DNA from: an uncultured Acidobacteriota bacterium
GTDB lineage: Bacteria; Acidobacteriota; Thermoanaerobaculia; UBA5066
DNA: 64,000 nucleotides
Assembly (NCBI GenBank): GCA_963779415.1
Contig: CAVZYA010000001.1
Coordinates: 160,001-224,000, forward strand
Direction of reading: 5' to 3'
This document shows positions 29,058 through 38,662 of the stretch, in pieces. Under the pieces are notes generated by a model, which saw nothing but the letters and a program-made list of their open reading frames with translations, was not told the DNA's origin and searched no databases. The position numbers and the translations under genes were made by a program. Position 1 is the stretch's first letter. Each line of letters starts with the position of its first letter.

Positions 29058-30332
29058 TCACGGGCTCTTTTTCTCCTCCTCGGACGGGGGAGAGACGCGT
29101 GTGATCCGGATCCGCTCGATGGCGCGGGGCGTGGCGCGCTCGACGAGGAAATCGAGGTCCCGCTCCCGCCAGTGGACCCCCGGCCTCGGGATCCGGCCCA
29201 GCCGCTCGAGAAGGAGGCCGGCGGCGGACTCGGCGTCGGTCCCTTCGAACGAGACGCCGAAATCCTGCTCGACCGAGGAGAGCGGATAGGCCCCCTCCAC
29301 GACGAGCGAGGAGCCGTCGCTCACCGGAACCGAGACGGGCTCGTCGTACTCGTCCCGGATGTCGCCGACGATCTCCTCGAGCAGGTCCTCCAGCGTGACG
29401 ATTCCCGCGACGGATCCGGCCTCGTCGACGACGACGGCGAGGTGGACGCGCTTCTTGCGCATCTCGCGAAAGAGATCCTCCGACCGCTTCATCTCCGGGA
29501 CGATCATCGCGGGCCGGATTCGCTTCGCGAGGTCGAAGGCCTTCTCCTCCTCGTCCGTGACGTCGAAGAGGTCCTTGGTGTGGAGGACGCCGACGATGTC
29601 GTCGGGGTTCTCGCGCCAGACGGGATAGCGGCTGTACCGGTTCTCCCTGCAGATCGCCTCGAGCTCGGAGAAGTTGACGGCGACCGGGATCGACACGACG
29701 CGGGAGCGCGGGATCATGACGTCTCGGGCGGGCCGATCGCCGAACGTCAGGACGGCCTGGAGGATGGCGGTCTCTTCCGGCGCGAGGGCTCCCTGCTGGC
29801 TGGAGAGCGTGATGACGCTCCGGAGGTCGGCTTTCGTCAGGTCCGGGACGCTCCGGCGCCCGGCACCGAAGGTGTCGAGGAAGGCGTTGGCCATCCGGGA
29901 GAGGACGTCCGTGACCGGCGCGAGGAGGCGGACGACGAGCTCCACGGGGGCGGCGACGGCGAGAGCGACGGCGGCCGGGTAACGCGACGCGAGCGTCTTG
30001 GGCGTGACCTCCGAGACGACGAGAAGGAGGACCGTCGTGACGATCGTGGCGACGAGGACGCCCCGCTCCTCGCCGAGATGGGAGATCGCGAGGGCGGCGC
30101 CGAACGTCCCGGCCGCGGTGTTCGCGACGTTGTTGCCGACGAGAAGCGAGCCGAGGGTGCTCGTGAGATCGGCGCGAAGGCGCTCGACCCGGAGGGCGGC
30201 CGTCCGCCCCTCCTCCTTCATCCGGAGGACGCGCGCGTCCGGGAGCGACATGAGCGCCGTCTCGGCGGCGGAGAAGAAGCTCGAGAAGATGGCGCAGGTC
30301 GCGAACGCGACGAGAAGGAATCCGTCGCTCAT
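29058..30332 (-). CDS. CNNM/CorB (hemolysin family) DUF21-CBS-CorC protein
   Basis: SSFFSAAETAL, LLVGNNVAN, SEVTPK, VMIPR, YSRYPV, VTLEDLLEEIVGDIRDEYD. Confidence 0.93.
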   Translation of the reverse strand: MSDGFLLVAFATCAIFSSFFSAAETALMSLPDARVLRMKEEGRTAALRVERLRADLTSTLGSLLVGNNVANTAAGTFGAALAISHLGEERGVLVATIVTTVLLLVVSEVTPKTLASRYPAAVALAVAAPVELVVRLLAPVTDVLSRMANAFLDTFGAGRRSVPDLTKADLRSVITLSSQQGALAPEETAILQAVLTFGDRPARDVMIPRSRVVSIPVAVNFSELEAICRENRYSRYPVWRENPDDIVGVLHTKDLFDVTDEEEKAFDLAKRIRPAMIVPEMKRSEDLFREMRKKRVHLAVVVDEAGSVAGIVTLEDLLEEIVGDIRDEYDEPVSVPVSDGSSLVVEGAYPLSSVEQDFGVSFEGTDAESAAGLLLERLGRIPRPGVHWRERDLDFLVERATPRAIERIRITRVSPPSEEEKKSP

Positions 30333-31105
30333 CGCGCCACCGCCCAGCCCGTTCCCGAAGGCTCGATCGGGATTTCGCGAAGCGATTCCCCTTCGCAGGG
30401 GCCGGAGACGCAGCGTCCCGACGGAAGCTCGAAGAGGGCGCCGTGGTTCTGGCAGACGAGGTGCCGGCCGTCCGCCGAGACGATGTCGTCGTGGATCCGG
30501 TCGAGCGGGATCGGAACGTGCGGACAGAGATTCTCGAAGGCGCGGGGGCCCGCGGGGGTCCCGACGAGGATTCCGTCGAGGGGTCGGGGGCCGTCGAGAC
30601 CCTCCTTTCGGAAAGGGATCGCGCGGCCGGGCGCGAGGCCGGCGGATCCGGCGATGAAGGGGACCCGCTGGCGTGCCGCCTCGAGGAGAGCCGGCGCCTC
30701 GGGGCTCTCCGTGTCGCGGAAACCGCCCCCGCCTTCGAGGAGCCGGGCGAGGGCCACGGCGTCGGCCGGGGGGATCGCGAGAATCCGTGCCTCCGGGGCG
30801 TCGCACCAGCGGACCGCGGTGCACCCTTTCGGCCGGGGGTCGCCGAGGAGAGCCCGAACGCGAAAGAAGAGGAGGGTCACGTCGCCGTCTCGCTCAAAGC
30901 CGTCCGGCGCAAGGCCCGCGGGCCTCGCGTCCAGCTCCTCGTCCCACTCGCGCTCGAGAGCTTCCTCCGGCGACTCGCCCGCGTCGACCTTTCCGCCGGG
31001 GAACTCCCAGAGCCCCGGATAGCGCCCTCCGGGAGGGCGCCGCGCGAGGAGGAGCCGCCCGTTTCTCACGAAGATCCCGGCCACGACGAGAATCGTTCCG
31101 CTCAC
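30329..31105 (-). CDS. NUDIX hydrolase (MutT/NudG-like) fused to a Rieske [2Fe-2S] domain
   Basis: WEFPGGKVDAGESPEEALEREWDEELD NUDIX box, then in the same frame NLCPH...VCQNHGALFELPSGRCVSGPC; GTG overlaps the queG stop. Confidence 0.85.
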   Translation of the reverse strand: MSGTILVVAGIFVRNGRLLLARRPPGGRYPGLWEFPGGKVDAGESPEEALEREWDEELDARPAGLAPDGFERDGDVTLLFFRVRALLGDPRPKGCTAVRWCDAPEARILAIPPADAVALARLLEGGGGFRDTESPEAPALLEAARQRVPFIAGSAGLAPGRAIPFRKEGLDGPRPLDGILVGTPAGPRAFENLCPHVPIPLDRIHDDIVSADGRHLVCQNHGALFELPSGRCVSGPCEGESLREIPIEPSGTGWAVAR

Positions 31106-32073
31106 GGTCGCGGCTCCGCGGCGAGAGCGATCCGGGCGTTCCGGGAGAGCCCTTCCGGCGTCGCGCGCCAGACGGCGGTCCCGAAGAAGCGGTGCCGGAA
31201 GCCCGACTCGGAGATCCCGACGACCGAGGCGGCGGAGAGCGAGGCGGACGGGCCGCGCGCGGGGCCGCATGGATCGAGGGGCGCGTTCCACGGACAGACG
31301 TCCTGGCAGACGTCGCAACCGAATAGGCGTCCGCCGAGGGAAGCCTCCTCTTCCGGGGAGAGCGGTCCGCGTTTCTCGATCGTCAGGTACGAGACGCACC
31401 TTCGGGCGTCGAGGAGGCGAGGGGCGACGAACGCGTCCGTCGGACACTCGTCGAGGCACGCCGTGCATCGCCCGCAGACGTCGGTCCCGACTCCGGGGAG
31501 CGCTGCCGAGGGAGCTAGCGCGACGTCCGTCACGATTTCCCCGAGGACGACGTTCGAGCCGACACCGGGGACGATCAGCATCCCGTTCTTCCCGATCGAG
31601 CCGAGGCCGGCGCGAACCGCGGCGTCTCGTTCGAGGAGCGGAGCCGTGTCGACGCAGACGCGGAAATGGGAGTCCGGGGGAGAGAGGGGCCGGATACGGT
31701 CGACGACCCGTTTCAGGTGACTCCGAACGACCCGGTGGTAGTCCTCGCCGCGGGCGTACTTGGCGACGTTCCCGTCTCCCCGCCCCGGCACCTCCCGCGC
31801 CACGGCGAGGACGGCGCGTGCCCAGGGGAGGATGGCGTCATACCGCCGCCGGGCGTCGAAATCCCGCTTCATGAAGCGCATCTCCCCGTGATGCCCGTCC
31901 CGGATCCAGCCCGAGAAGACGTCGAAGGAAGCCGGGCCTTCCGCCGCGAGGACAGCGGCGGCGACGAAGCCCTCCTCGAGGGCCGCGGCGACCGCGGCCT
32001 GGGAGAGAGCGGCCGGGTCTGCGGGCGCACCGGGAGGCGGAAAACGCGGCAGCCGCGCCGAAGTGGAGGCCAT
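31102..32073 (-). CDS. queG: Epoxyqueuosine reductase
   Basis: YARGEDYH, VDTAPLLER, GLGSIGKN, CGRCTACLDECP, RCVSYLTIE, FGCDVCQDVCPWN. Confidence 0.94.
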   Translation of the reverse strand: MASTSARLPRFPPPGAPADPAALSQAAVAAALEEGFVAAAVLAAEGPASFDVFSGWIRDGHHGEMRFMKRDFDARRRYDAILPWARAVLAVAREVPGRGDGNVAKYARGEDYHRVVRSHLKRVVDRIRPLSPPDSHFRVCVDTAPLLERDAAVRAGLGSIGKNGMLIVPGVGSNVVLGEIVTDVALAPSAALPGVGTDVCGRCTACLDECPTDAFVAPRLLDARRCVSYLTIEKRGPLSPEEEASLGGRLFGCDVCQDVCPWNAPLDPCGPARGPSASLSAASVVGISESGFRHRFFGTAVWRATPEGLSRNARIALAAEPRP

Positions 32074-32115
32074 TGACGGGCAGTTTAGCAACGCGCCTTG
32101 CGTATCATTCGGCCG

Positions 32116-33228
32116 GTGGAGCATCGCGAGGCCCGGCGACGCCCTTACGGCATGGCGTTCTTCGTCGTTTTCGGAGCCGTTCTCGCGATTCTCTCGTACG
32201 TCATCCTGCGTCCCTTTTTCGAAGCCATCGCGTGGGCCATCGTCCTCGCGGTCGCCTTCCGTCCCCTATGGGCGCGCGTCGAGTCCCGTTTCCGGACCCG
32301 GCGATCGCTCGCCGCGGGAGTCACGTCCCTTCTGGTGGCCCTTCTCGTCCTTCTCCCGGCCGGACTTCTCGTCGCGGCCCTCGCCGGCCAGGCCGGGCAG
32401 GCGGCGAGCCGGCTCGTCGGCGTCCTCAGGAGCCGCGACACCGTCCAGACCGGGGACCTGACGACCCTTCCCTTCGTCGGCGGGGGGGTGGTTTGGGTGC
32501 AGCAGAAGACCGGGATCACCCCGGATGCCGTCAAGTTGCACGCGGCCCAGGGGCTCGCGAAGCTCTCCTCGCTCCTGGCCTCGGCCGGCGGGGGCGTCGT
32601 CGTCGGTTTCCTGGGCGGCGTGATGACCTTCCTCCTGACGATGGTTCTTCTCTTCTTCTTTCTCCGAGACGGCGACGCGATGGCTGAGGCGGTGTCGGAG
32701 ATCCTTCCCCTCTCGGAAGGGGAACGGCGCAAGGCGATGCAGCGGCTCGCTTCCATGCTTCGGTCGATCTTCCGCGGCTCCCTTCTGACGGCCGTCGTCC
32801 AGGGCCTGCTCGGCGGGATCGGCTGGGCCCTCGCCGGGCTTCCGTCGGCCTTTCTCGCCGGAGCGGGAATGGCGGTCCTCTCGCTTCTTCCGATCGGAGG
32901 GACGGCCCTCGTCTGGATTCCGGGCGCGATCGCGCTCGCCGTGCAGGGACGGACCGGGGCCGCGATCTTCCTCTTCGTCTGGGGCGTCATCGCGGTCGCC
33001 ACGGCCGACAATTTCCTCAAGCCGCTCCTCATACAGGGGGACGGGGAGCTGACGACGCTCGTCGTCTTCCTCGGCGTCTTCGGCGGCATCGCGGCCTTCG
33101 GTCTTCTCGGCGTCTTCATCGGGCCGATCGTCCTCGCGACGGCGCAGACGCTCGTGGAGGGAATGCGCCGCACCGCCCGGCACGAGCGCGAGGAAGCGGC
33201 GGCCGGGGGACCCGCTCCCGCGGAGTGA
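32116..33228 (+). CDS. AI-2E family transporter
   Basis: Multi-TM; LFFFLRDG, DNFLKPLL, GGIAAFGLLGVFIGP. Confidence 0.9.
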   Translation: MEHREARRRPYGMAFFVVFGAVLAILSYVILRPFFEAIAWAIVLAVAFRPLWARVESRFRTRRSLAAGVTSLLVALLVLLPAGLLVAALAGQAGQAASRLVGVLRSRDTVQTGDLTTLPFVGGGVVWVQQKTGITPDAVKLHAAQGLAKLSSLLASAGGGVVVGFLGGVMTFLLTMVLLFFFLRDGDAMAEAVSEILPLSEGERRKAMQRLASMLRSIFRGSLLTAVVQGLLGGIGWALAGLPSAFLAGAGMAVLSLLPIGGTALVWIPGAIALAVQGRTGAAIFLFVWGVIAVATADNFLKPLLIQGDGELTTLVVFLGVFGGIAAFGLLGVFIGPIVLATAQTLVEGMRRTARHEREEAAAGGPAPAE

Positions 33229-33229
33229 C

Positions 33230-34315
33230 TCAGGGGATCCAGTCGGCCAGAAAGACGTTCGTCTCGCCGGGACGGGCATTGTGGCGGTTCGAGCAGAAGA
33301 CGAGCTTCCTGCCGTCGGGCGAGAACATCGGGAAGCCGTCGAACGTCGGACTCGTCGTGATCTGCTCGAGCCCCGTTCCGTCGGCGTTGATCGCGAAGAG
33401 ATCGAAGTTCCGTCCGCGCGGATCGTTCCTGTTCGACGAGAAGATGATCCGGTCGTGCCCGCCCCGGAAGAAGAAGGGGGCGAAGCTGGCCGCGCCGAGG
33501 CTCGTCACCGGATGGTCGCCCGAGCCGTCCGCCTTCATGACGCGGATCTCCAGCGAGCGGGGGCGGATGAGAGCGCGCGCGAGGAGCGACTTGAAGGACT
33601 CGATCGCGGCCGGCTCCGTCGGATGGGAGGCCCGGTAGACGATCCACTCCCCGTCGTCGCTGAAGAACGGCCCTCCGTCGTAGCCGACCGTCGTCGTCAG
33701 GCGCTTCACGTCGCCGCCGTCCGCGTCCATCGTGTAGATGTCGAGGTCTCCGTCCCGCGCCGAGGTGAAGACGATCTTCTTCCCGTCCCGCGAGATCGTC
33801 GCCTCGGCGTCGTAGCCGTACGACCCGGTGAGGCGGCGGAGGTTCTTACCGTCGGAGTCCGCCGAGAAAATGTCGTACTCGGGATAGAGCGCCCAGACGT
33901 AACCCTGTGACATGTCGGGGGGCTTCGGACAGGCGTCGGCGCCGAGGTGCGTGGAGGAATAGAGGATCCGCTTCCCGTCCGGAAAGAAGTAGGCGCAGGT
34001 CGTCCGTCCTTTTCCGGTCGAAACGAGCTTCGGCTCGGCTTTCGGGCTTTCGGGATCCAGGATGAAGATCTGGTCGCAGGCGTATGGAGGGCGCGTCGAC
34101 TGGAAGATCAGCTTCGTCCCGTCGGCCGACCAGTAGGCTTCCGCGTTCTCTCCGCCGAAAGTGAGCTGCCGGACGTTCCTGAGGTGCGGCTCCCCGGCGT
34201 ACTCGAGGGGCGAGAGAGTTCCCTCGACAGAACCCGGCGCTGCAGCCGCGAGGGCGGCGGCGGCGAGCGTGGCGACGAGGACGAGTTCACGACGACGTGC
34301 GGCGGTCATTCTCAT
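33230..34315 (-). CDS. TolB-like PD40 beta-propeller protein
   Basis: Signal peptide; QLTFGGENAEAYWS, repeated S.DGK.I.F units, FDGFPMFSPDG. Confidence 0.88.
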   Translation of the reverse strand: MRMTAARRRELVLVATLAAAALAAAAPGSVEGTLSPLEYAGEPHLRNVRQLTFGGENAEAYWSADGTKLIFQSTRPPYACDQIFILDPESPKAEPKLVSTGKGRTTCAYFFPDGKRILYSSTHLGADACPKPPDMSQGYVWALYPEYDIFSADSDGKNLRRLTGSYGYDAEATISRDGKKIVFTSARDGDLDIYTMDADGGDVKRLTTTVGYDGGPFFSDDGEWIVYRASHPTEPAAIESFKSLLARALIRPRSLEIRVMKADGSGDHPVTSLGAASFAPFFFRGGHDRIIFSSNRNDPRGRNFDLFAINADGTGLEQITTSPTFDGFPMFSPDGRKLVFCSNRHNARPGETNVFLADWIP

Positions 34316-34341
34316 GATGAAGCCGGTAATATAAGGCGGTT

Positions 34342-35792
34342 ATGGATCCGAAACCGTCCGATTCGAGGACGGCCGACGCGGCGACGCTGGCCCGGGACCT
34401 CGTGGACCGGCTCACGGCCATCTCCGTCTCGCTCTCGAACGGGCCCGACGGGGCCGGCGGCGGAGGGCGGGCGCCGCGCGTGGAGAAGGGGGGAACGGCG
34501 ACTTTCGCCGACTTCCGGAGCCCGCGCGCCGTTCTCGAGAACGGGGCGGGGTATGTCGCGCCCTTCCTTCCGGCCGAAGCTTCTCTCCGGCCGGTCAAGG
34601 CCCTTCTTCTCCGCGTCCTCCGGGTCATCACCCGGGACCAGACGGTCTTCAACTCGGCGATCCTCGAATCGCTTCGCGGGACGCTTCTCGCGGCGGACGC
34701 CGCCTTTCGCGAGGCGGCGGCGGCGATCGAGCGGGCCCGGGCCGAGGCCGCGGCGTCGATCGCGCGGACGGAAGCGACCGAGGAGGCGCTGCGAGACTCC
34801 GAGAGACGGATCTTCGAAGCCCTCGAGAAGAGCCGATCCGCTCTCGAGGACGCGCTTCGCGCCGCCGCGGACCTCTACCGGACCCAGGTCCGCGTCGATG
34901 GCCTGGAGAAGGACCGGGACCGTCTTTCGGACGCCGCGGCCGCCAGCCTCCGCACGGCCTCGGAGCTTCAGACGTCGCTCGCGACCCTCGAAACGCGGCT
35001 CTCCGGGAGGTCCGAGGAGCTTCGGCTCCTCAAGCTCGAATGGAGCACGCTCCGGTCCGAGCTTGGCTCCTTTCCGGGCGTCCCTGTCGAGGAGAGACGC
35101 CGCGCCGCAGGCGCCTCCGGCGCCGAGGGCCGACGACCCTCTTCGCGCGGGGATCTACGTCGACTTCGAGGAGGGGTTTCGCGGTTCGGAGGCGGAGATC
35201 CGGAAGCGCCAGGAAGCCGACGCGGCGCTCTTCCGCGGGGCCCCCGGCCCGGTGGCGGACCTCGGCTGCGGCCGAGGGGAGTTCCTCGAAGCGCTCGAGG
35301 CGGCGGGGATCCCGGCGGTCGGATGCGATGCGAACCCGGTCATGGCGGCACGCGCGAAGGGAAAGGGGCTGAAGGTCGAGAAGGCCGACCTCTTCGACTG
35401 GCTCCGCGAGCGGCGAAACGGATCGCTGGGCGGCGTCACGGCCTACCAGGTCGTGGAGCACCTCTTCCCGGCGAGCCTCTACGAGCTCGTGGAGCTCTGC
35501 GCGGCGAAGCTCGCGCCGGGAGGCGTCCTTCTCTTCGAGAGCGTGAATCCGGAGTCGGCGTACGCCATGAAATGGTTCTGGATGGATCTGACGCACGTGC
35601 GCCCCGTGCCGGCTCCGTCGCTCGCGCGCCTTCTCTCGGCGTCCGGCTTTCGCGACGTCCGGATCGACTGGAGGTCGCCCGTACCCGGAGGCCGAGGCGC
35701 CTCCGGCGGAGCTTCGGGAGGACGTGAGGCTGGGGCCGATGATGCGGCTCCTTTTCGGACCCCAGGACTACGCGGTGATCGGGCGGAAGTAG
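34342..35792 (+). CDS. Coiled-coil plus class I SAM methyltransferase (frameshifts near 35128 and 35686)
   Basis: N-terminal helical/coiled segment; then YVDFEEGFRGS, DLGCGRGEFL, QVVEHL, FWMDLTHVRP; third frame LFGPQDYAVIGRK-stop at 35792. Confidence 0.82.
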
Positions 35793-36830
35793 ATGGCCCG
35801 GATTCTCGTCTGCAACGCGCAGGTTCCCTTCGTCTCCGGCGGCGCGGAGCGGCATGCCGCGGGGCTCGTCCGGGAGCTGAGAGCCGCCGGGCACGACACG
35901 GAGCTCGTCCTGCTCCCGTACAAGTGGTACCCGCGCGCCGAGATCCTCGCATCGGCGATGGCGTGGCGGCTTCTCGACGTGACCGAGGCCGACGGGAAGA
36001 AGATCGACCTGGTCATCCCGTTGAAGTTCCCCTCGTACATGGTCCGTCACCCGAACAAGGTGGTCTGGCTGATCCACCAGCTCCGGCAGGCCTATGACCG
36101 TTTCGGGACCGCGGGGAGCGACTTTTCCGCCTCGCCCGAAGACACGCGCTGGCGCGAGCTGATCGCGGAGGCCGACGGCACCGGCCTCGGCGAGGCGCGG
36201 AGGATCTTCACGAACGCGAAGAACACGGCGGAGCGACTTCGCCGGTTCAACGGGATCGACGGGGAGGCGCTCTACCACCCGCCGCCTCTCGCGGGGCGCT
36301 ATCGGAGCGGGGAGAGCGGCGGCTTCGCCTTCATCGCGGGACGCCTCGATCCCTGGAAGCGCGTCGATCTCGCGATCGCCGCGGCGGCGGCGGGGAAGTT
36401 TCCCCTGGTCGTCGCCGGTTCCGGACCGGACGAGAAGCGGCTCCGGCAGCTCGCCGAGAAGAGCAGGGCCAGGGTCACCTTCCGCGGCGCCGTCACGGAC
36501 GAGGAGCTGCTCGGGCTCTACGCCACCGCGGGCGTCGTCCTCTTCACGCCGGCGGACGAGGACTACGGCTACATCGCGCTCGAAGGCTTTCTCTCGAAGA
36601 AACCCGTCGTCACCTGCGCCGACTCGGGAGGGCCTCTCGAGTTCGTCGAGGACGACGTGACCGGGCGCGTCGCCCCGCCCGAAGGCGCGTCGCTCGGCGC
36701 CGCCACGGCGGAGATTCTCGCGGACCCCTCGCGAGCGCGCCGGCTCGGCGAGGCCGGCTACGAGCGGGTGCGCGGCATCACCTGGGCGGCCGCCGTGGAG
36801 ACGCTCCTTTCGGCCGGGGGAGTCGGGTGA
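35793..36830 (+). CDS. Glycosyltransferase family 4
   Basis: VPFVSGGAERH, GRLDPWKRVD, EDYGYIALE. Confidence 0.92.
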   Translation: MARILVCNAQVPFVSGGAERHAAGLVRELRAAGHDTELVLLPYKWYPRAEILASAMAWRLLDVTEADGKKIDLVIPLKFPSYMVRHPNKVVWLIHQLRQAYDRFGTAGSDFSASPEDTRWRELIAEADGTGLGEARRIFTNAKNTAERLRRFNGIDGEALYHPPPLAGRYRSGESGGFAFIAGRLDPWKRVDLAIAAAAAGKFPLVVAGSGPDEKRLRQLAEKSRARVTFRGAVTDEELLGLYATAGVVLFTPADEDYGYIALEGFLSKKPVVTCADSGGPLEFVEDDVTGRVAPPEGASLGAATAEILADPSRARRLGEAGYERVRGITWAAAVETLLSAGGVG

Positions 36831-38155
36831 GCCGACGCCTCTCCGTCGGATTCGTCTCTCCCTTCCCGCCGGTGAGGTCCGGGATCGCGGACTTCTCGGC
36901 GGAGCTCTTTCCGGCGCTCGCCGCGTTCGTCGACGCCGTGGCGTATCCCCCCGCCGAGGCGAAACGGGCGTTCTCTTCCGGGCACGACGTCGTCCTTCTC
37001 GAGATCGGGAACGACCCCCTCCACGCGCCGTCCTACGAGGCTCTGACGGACGATTCGCGGACGACGCCGGCCGTCGTCACCCTTCACGATTTTTCGCTCC
37101 ACCACCTCTTCGCCGCGGCGTACCTCGACGGCGGCCGCGAGGAGGAATACGGGCGCGAGCTCGAGCGAAATCACGGCGAGAAGGGACGGGCTCTCTGGGA
37201 GCGAATGAGGGCGGGCGTGAAGGTCCCGATCTGGGATCTCGAGCCCTGGAGCTACCCGATGTCGACGGAAGTGGCGCGCCGGGCGGCCATCCTCGTCGTC
37301 CACTCGAAGCTCGTGGAGGGATGCATCCTCCGCGCCGCGCCGGGAACCGACGTGGTGGAGTTCCCGCTCCACGTCGTCCCGGCGCCCCGGACGCCGCGCG
37401 ACGAGGCCCGACGCTCGCTCGGCTTGCCGCTCGACCGGCCGGTCGCCGTCACGCTCGGCATCCTGACTCCGGCCAAGCGCGTCCTGAAGGTCCTCGAGGC
37501 GCTCGCGACCCTGCCTCCGTCGTCGCGCCCGTTCCTCTTCGTCGGGGGCGTCGGCGGCGACGACGATCCCCACCGGATCGCGGCGCGGGACCTCGGGCTC
37601 CAGAGCGACGTCGGCTTCGGCGGCTATCTCCCGGAAGAGGATTTCTGGCGCGCCGCGTCCGCGGCCGATCTCGCGGTCAACCTCCGGCATCCGACGGTGG
37701 GGGAGGCCTCCGGTGCCGTCTGCCGCCTCGCGGGCTTCGGGCTCCCCTTCATCGTCAGCGATGCGGGATGGTTCCGCGAGCTGCCGGATTCCTTCGCGGC
37801 GAAGATACCGGTCGGCGACGGCGAGGTGGAGGCGATCGCCGCCGAGCTTGCGCGCCTCGCGTTCGATCCCTCCACGGCGAAGGAGAGGGGCGTGGCGGCA
37901 GCGGCGTGGGGGGAGCGGCGCCGGCCCGATCGGATCGCGGAAGGATATTCGCTCGTTCTGCGGGAAGCCGCCGAGGGGCGGGGGCGCCTCCGCGCGCTGA
38001 CCGGGAGGCTGGCACGGGAGCTGTCGAGCCTGGGTATCGGGCGTGCCGGAACTCTCGGCGCGGCGAGCCGCGTGCCGGATGCGGCGGTCGTCGGGGCGCT
38101 CTCGGCGCGGCTCGAGGGGCTCGTGCCGTCTCGCCCGGTTCTGTCCTTCGACTAG
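36827..38155 (+). CDS. Glycosyltransferase family 4 (WbdA-like domain)
   Basis: FVSPFPPVRSGIADFS, IGNDPLH, TLHD, NLRHPTVGEASG. Confidence 0.88.
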   Translation: MSRRLSVGFVSPFPPVRSGIADFSAELFPALAAFVDAVAYPPAEAKRAFSSGHDVVLLEIGNDPLHAPSYEALTDDSRTTPAVVTLHDFSLHHLFAAAYLDGGREEEYGRELERNHGEKGRALWERMRAGVKVPIWDLEPWSYPMSTEVARRAAILVVHSKLVEGCILRAAPGTDVVEFPLHVVPAPRTPRDEARRSLGLPLDRPVAVTLGILTPAKRVLKVLEALATLPPSSRPFLFVGGVGGDDDPHRIAARDLGLQSDVGFGGYLPEEDFWRAASAADLAVNLRHPTVGEASGAVCRLAGFGLPFIVSDAGWFRELPDSFAAKIPVGDGEVEAIAAELARLAFDPSTAKERGVAAAAWGERRRPDRIAEGYSLVLREAAEGRGRLRALTGRLARELSSLGIGRAGTLGAASRVPDAAVVGALSARLEGLVPSRPVLSFD

Positions 38156-38199
38156 CCTTCGAGGACCGGCGTTCCGAAACGATCCGTCTCGCGATTCGA

Positions 38200-38652
38200 T
38201 CAGGCGGGCCGCTTCAGGGAGGCGACGATCTTCAGCATCTCTTCGGCCCCGACGTACCCTTCCACCTTCCGGACGACCTCGCCGGACGCGGAGACGAAGA
38301 TCACGGTGGGAAAGCCGCGGACGCGATACTGCTCGGCCACCGCCTCGCCTTCCTTCTCGGCGTTCACCTTGATGGAGATGACGCCCCGGAGCGCTTCGGC
38401 CACGCGAACGTCGCCGTAGGTCTCCGTGTCCAGCTTCTTGCACCAGCCGCACCAGTCCGTGTAGAAGTCGACCATGACGAGACGGTTCTCCTTCTTCGCG
38501 CGGTCGAGCGCGGAGGAGAAGTCGAGAGAGGCGAATTCGACCTTCGTCGACTCGCTCGCCGCGGGGGCGGAGGGACCTCGTCCGCAGCCTCCCGAGACGA
38601 TCAGGAGGGCGGCGACGAGAGGGGCGGCGCGCAGGGTGATGCGGGACCTCAT
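38200..38652 (-). CDS. Thioredoxin-fold lipoprotein
   Basis: Lipobox VSGGC; MVDFYTDWCGWCKKL; GFPT. Confidence 0.88.
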   Translation of the reverse strand: MRSRITLRAAPLVAALLIVSGGCGRGPSAPAASESTKVEFASLDFSSALDRAKKENRLVMVDFYTDWCGWCKKLDTETYGDVRVAEALRGVISIKVNAEKEGEAVAEQYRVRGFPTVIFVSASGEVVRKVEGYVGAEEMLKIVASLKRPA

Positions 38653-38662
38653 AGAGGGCGGA

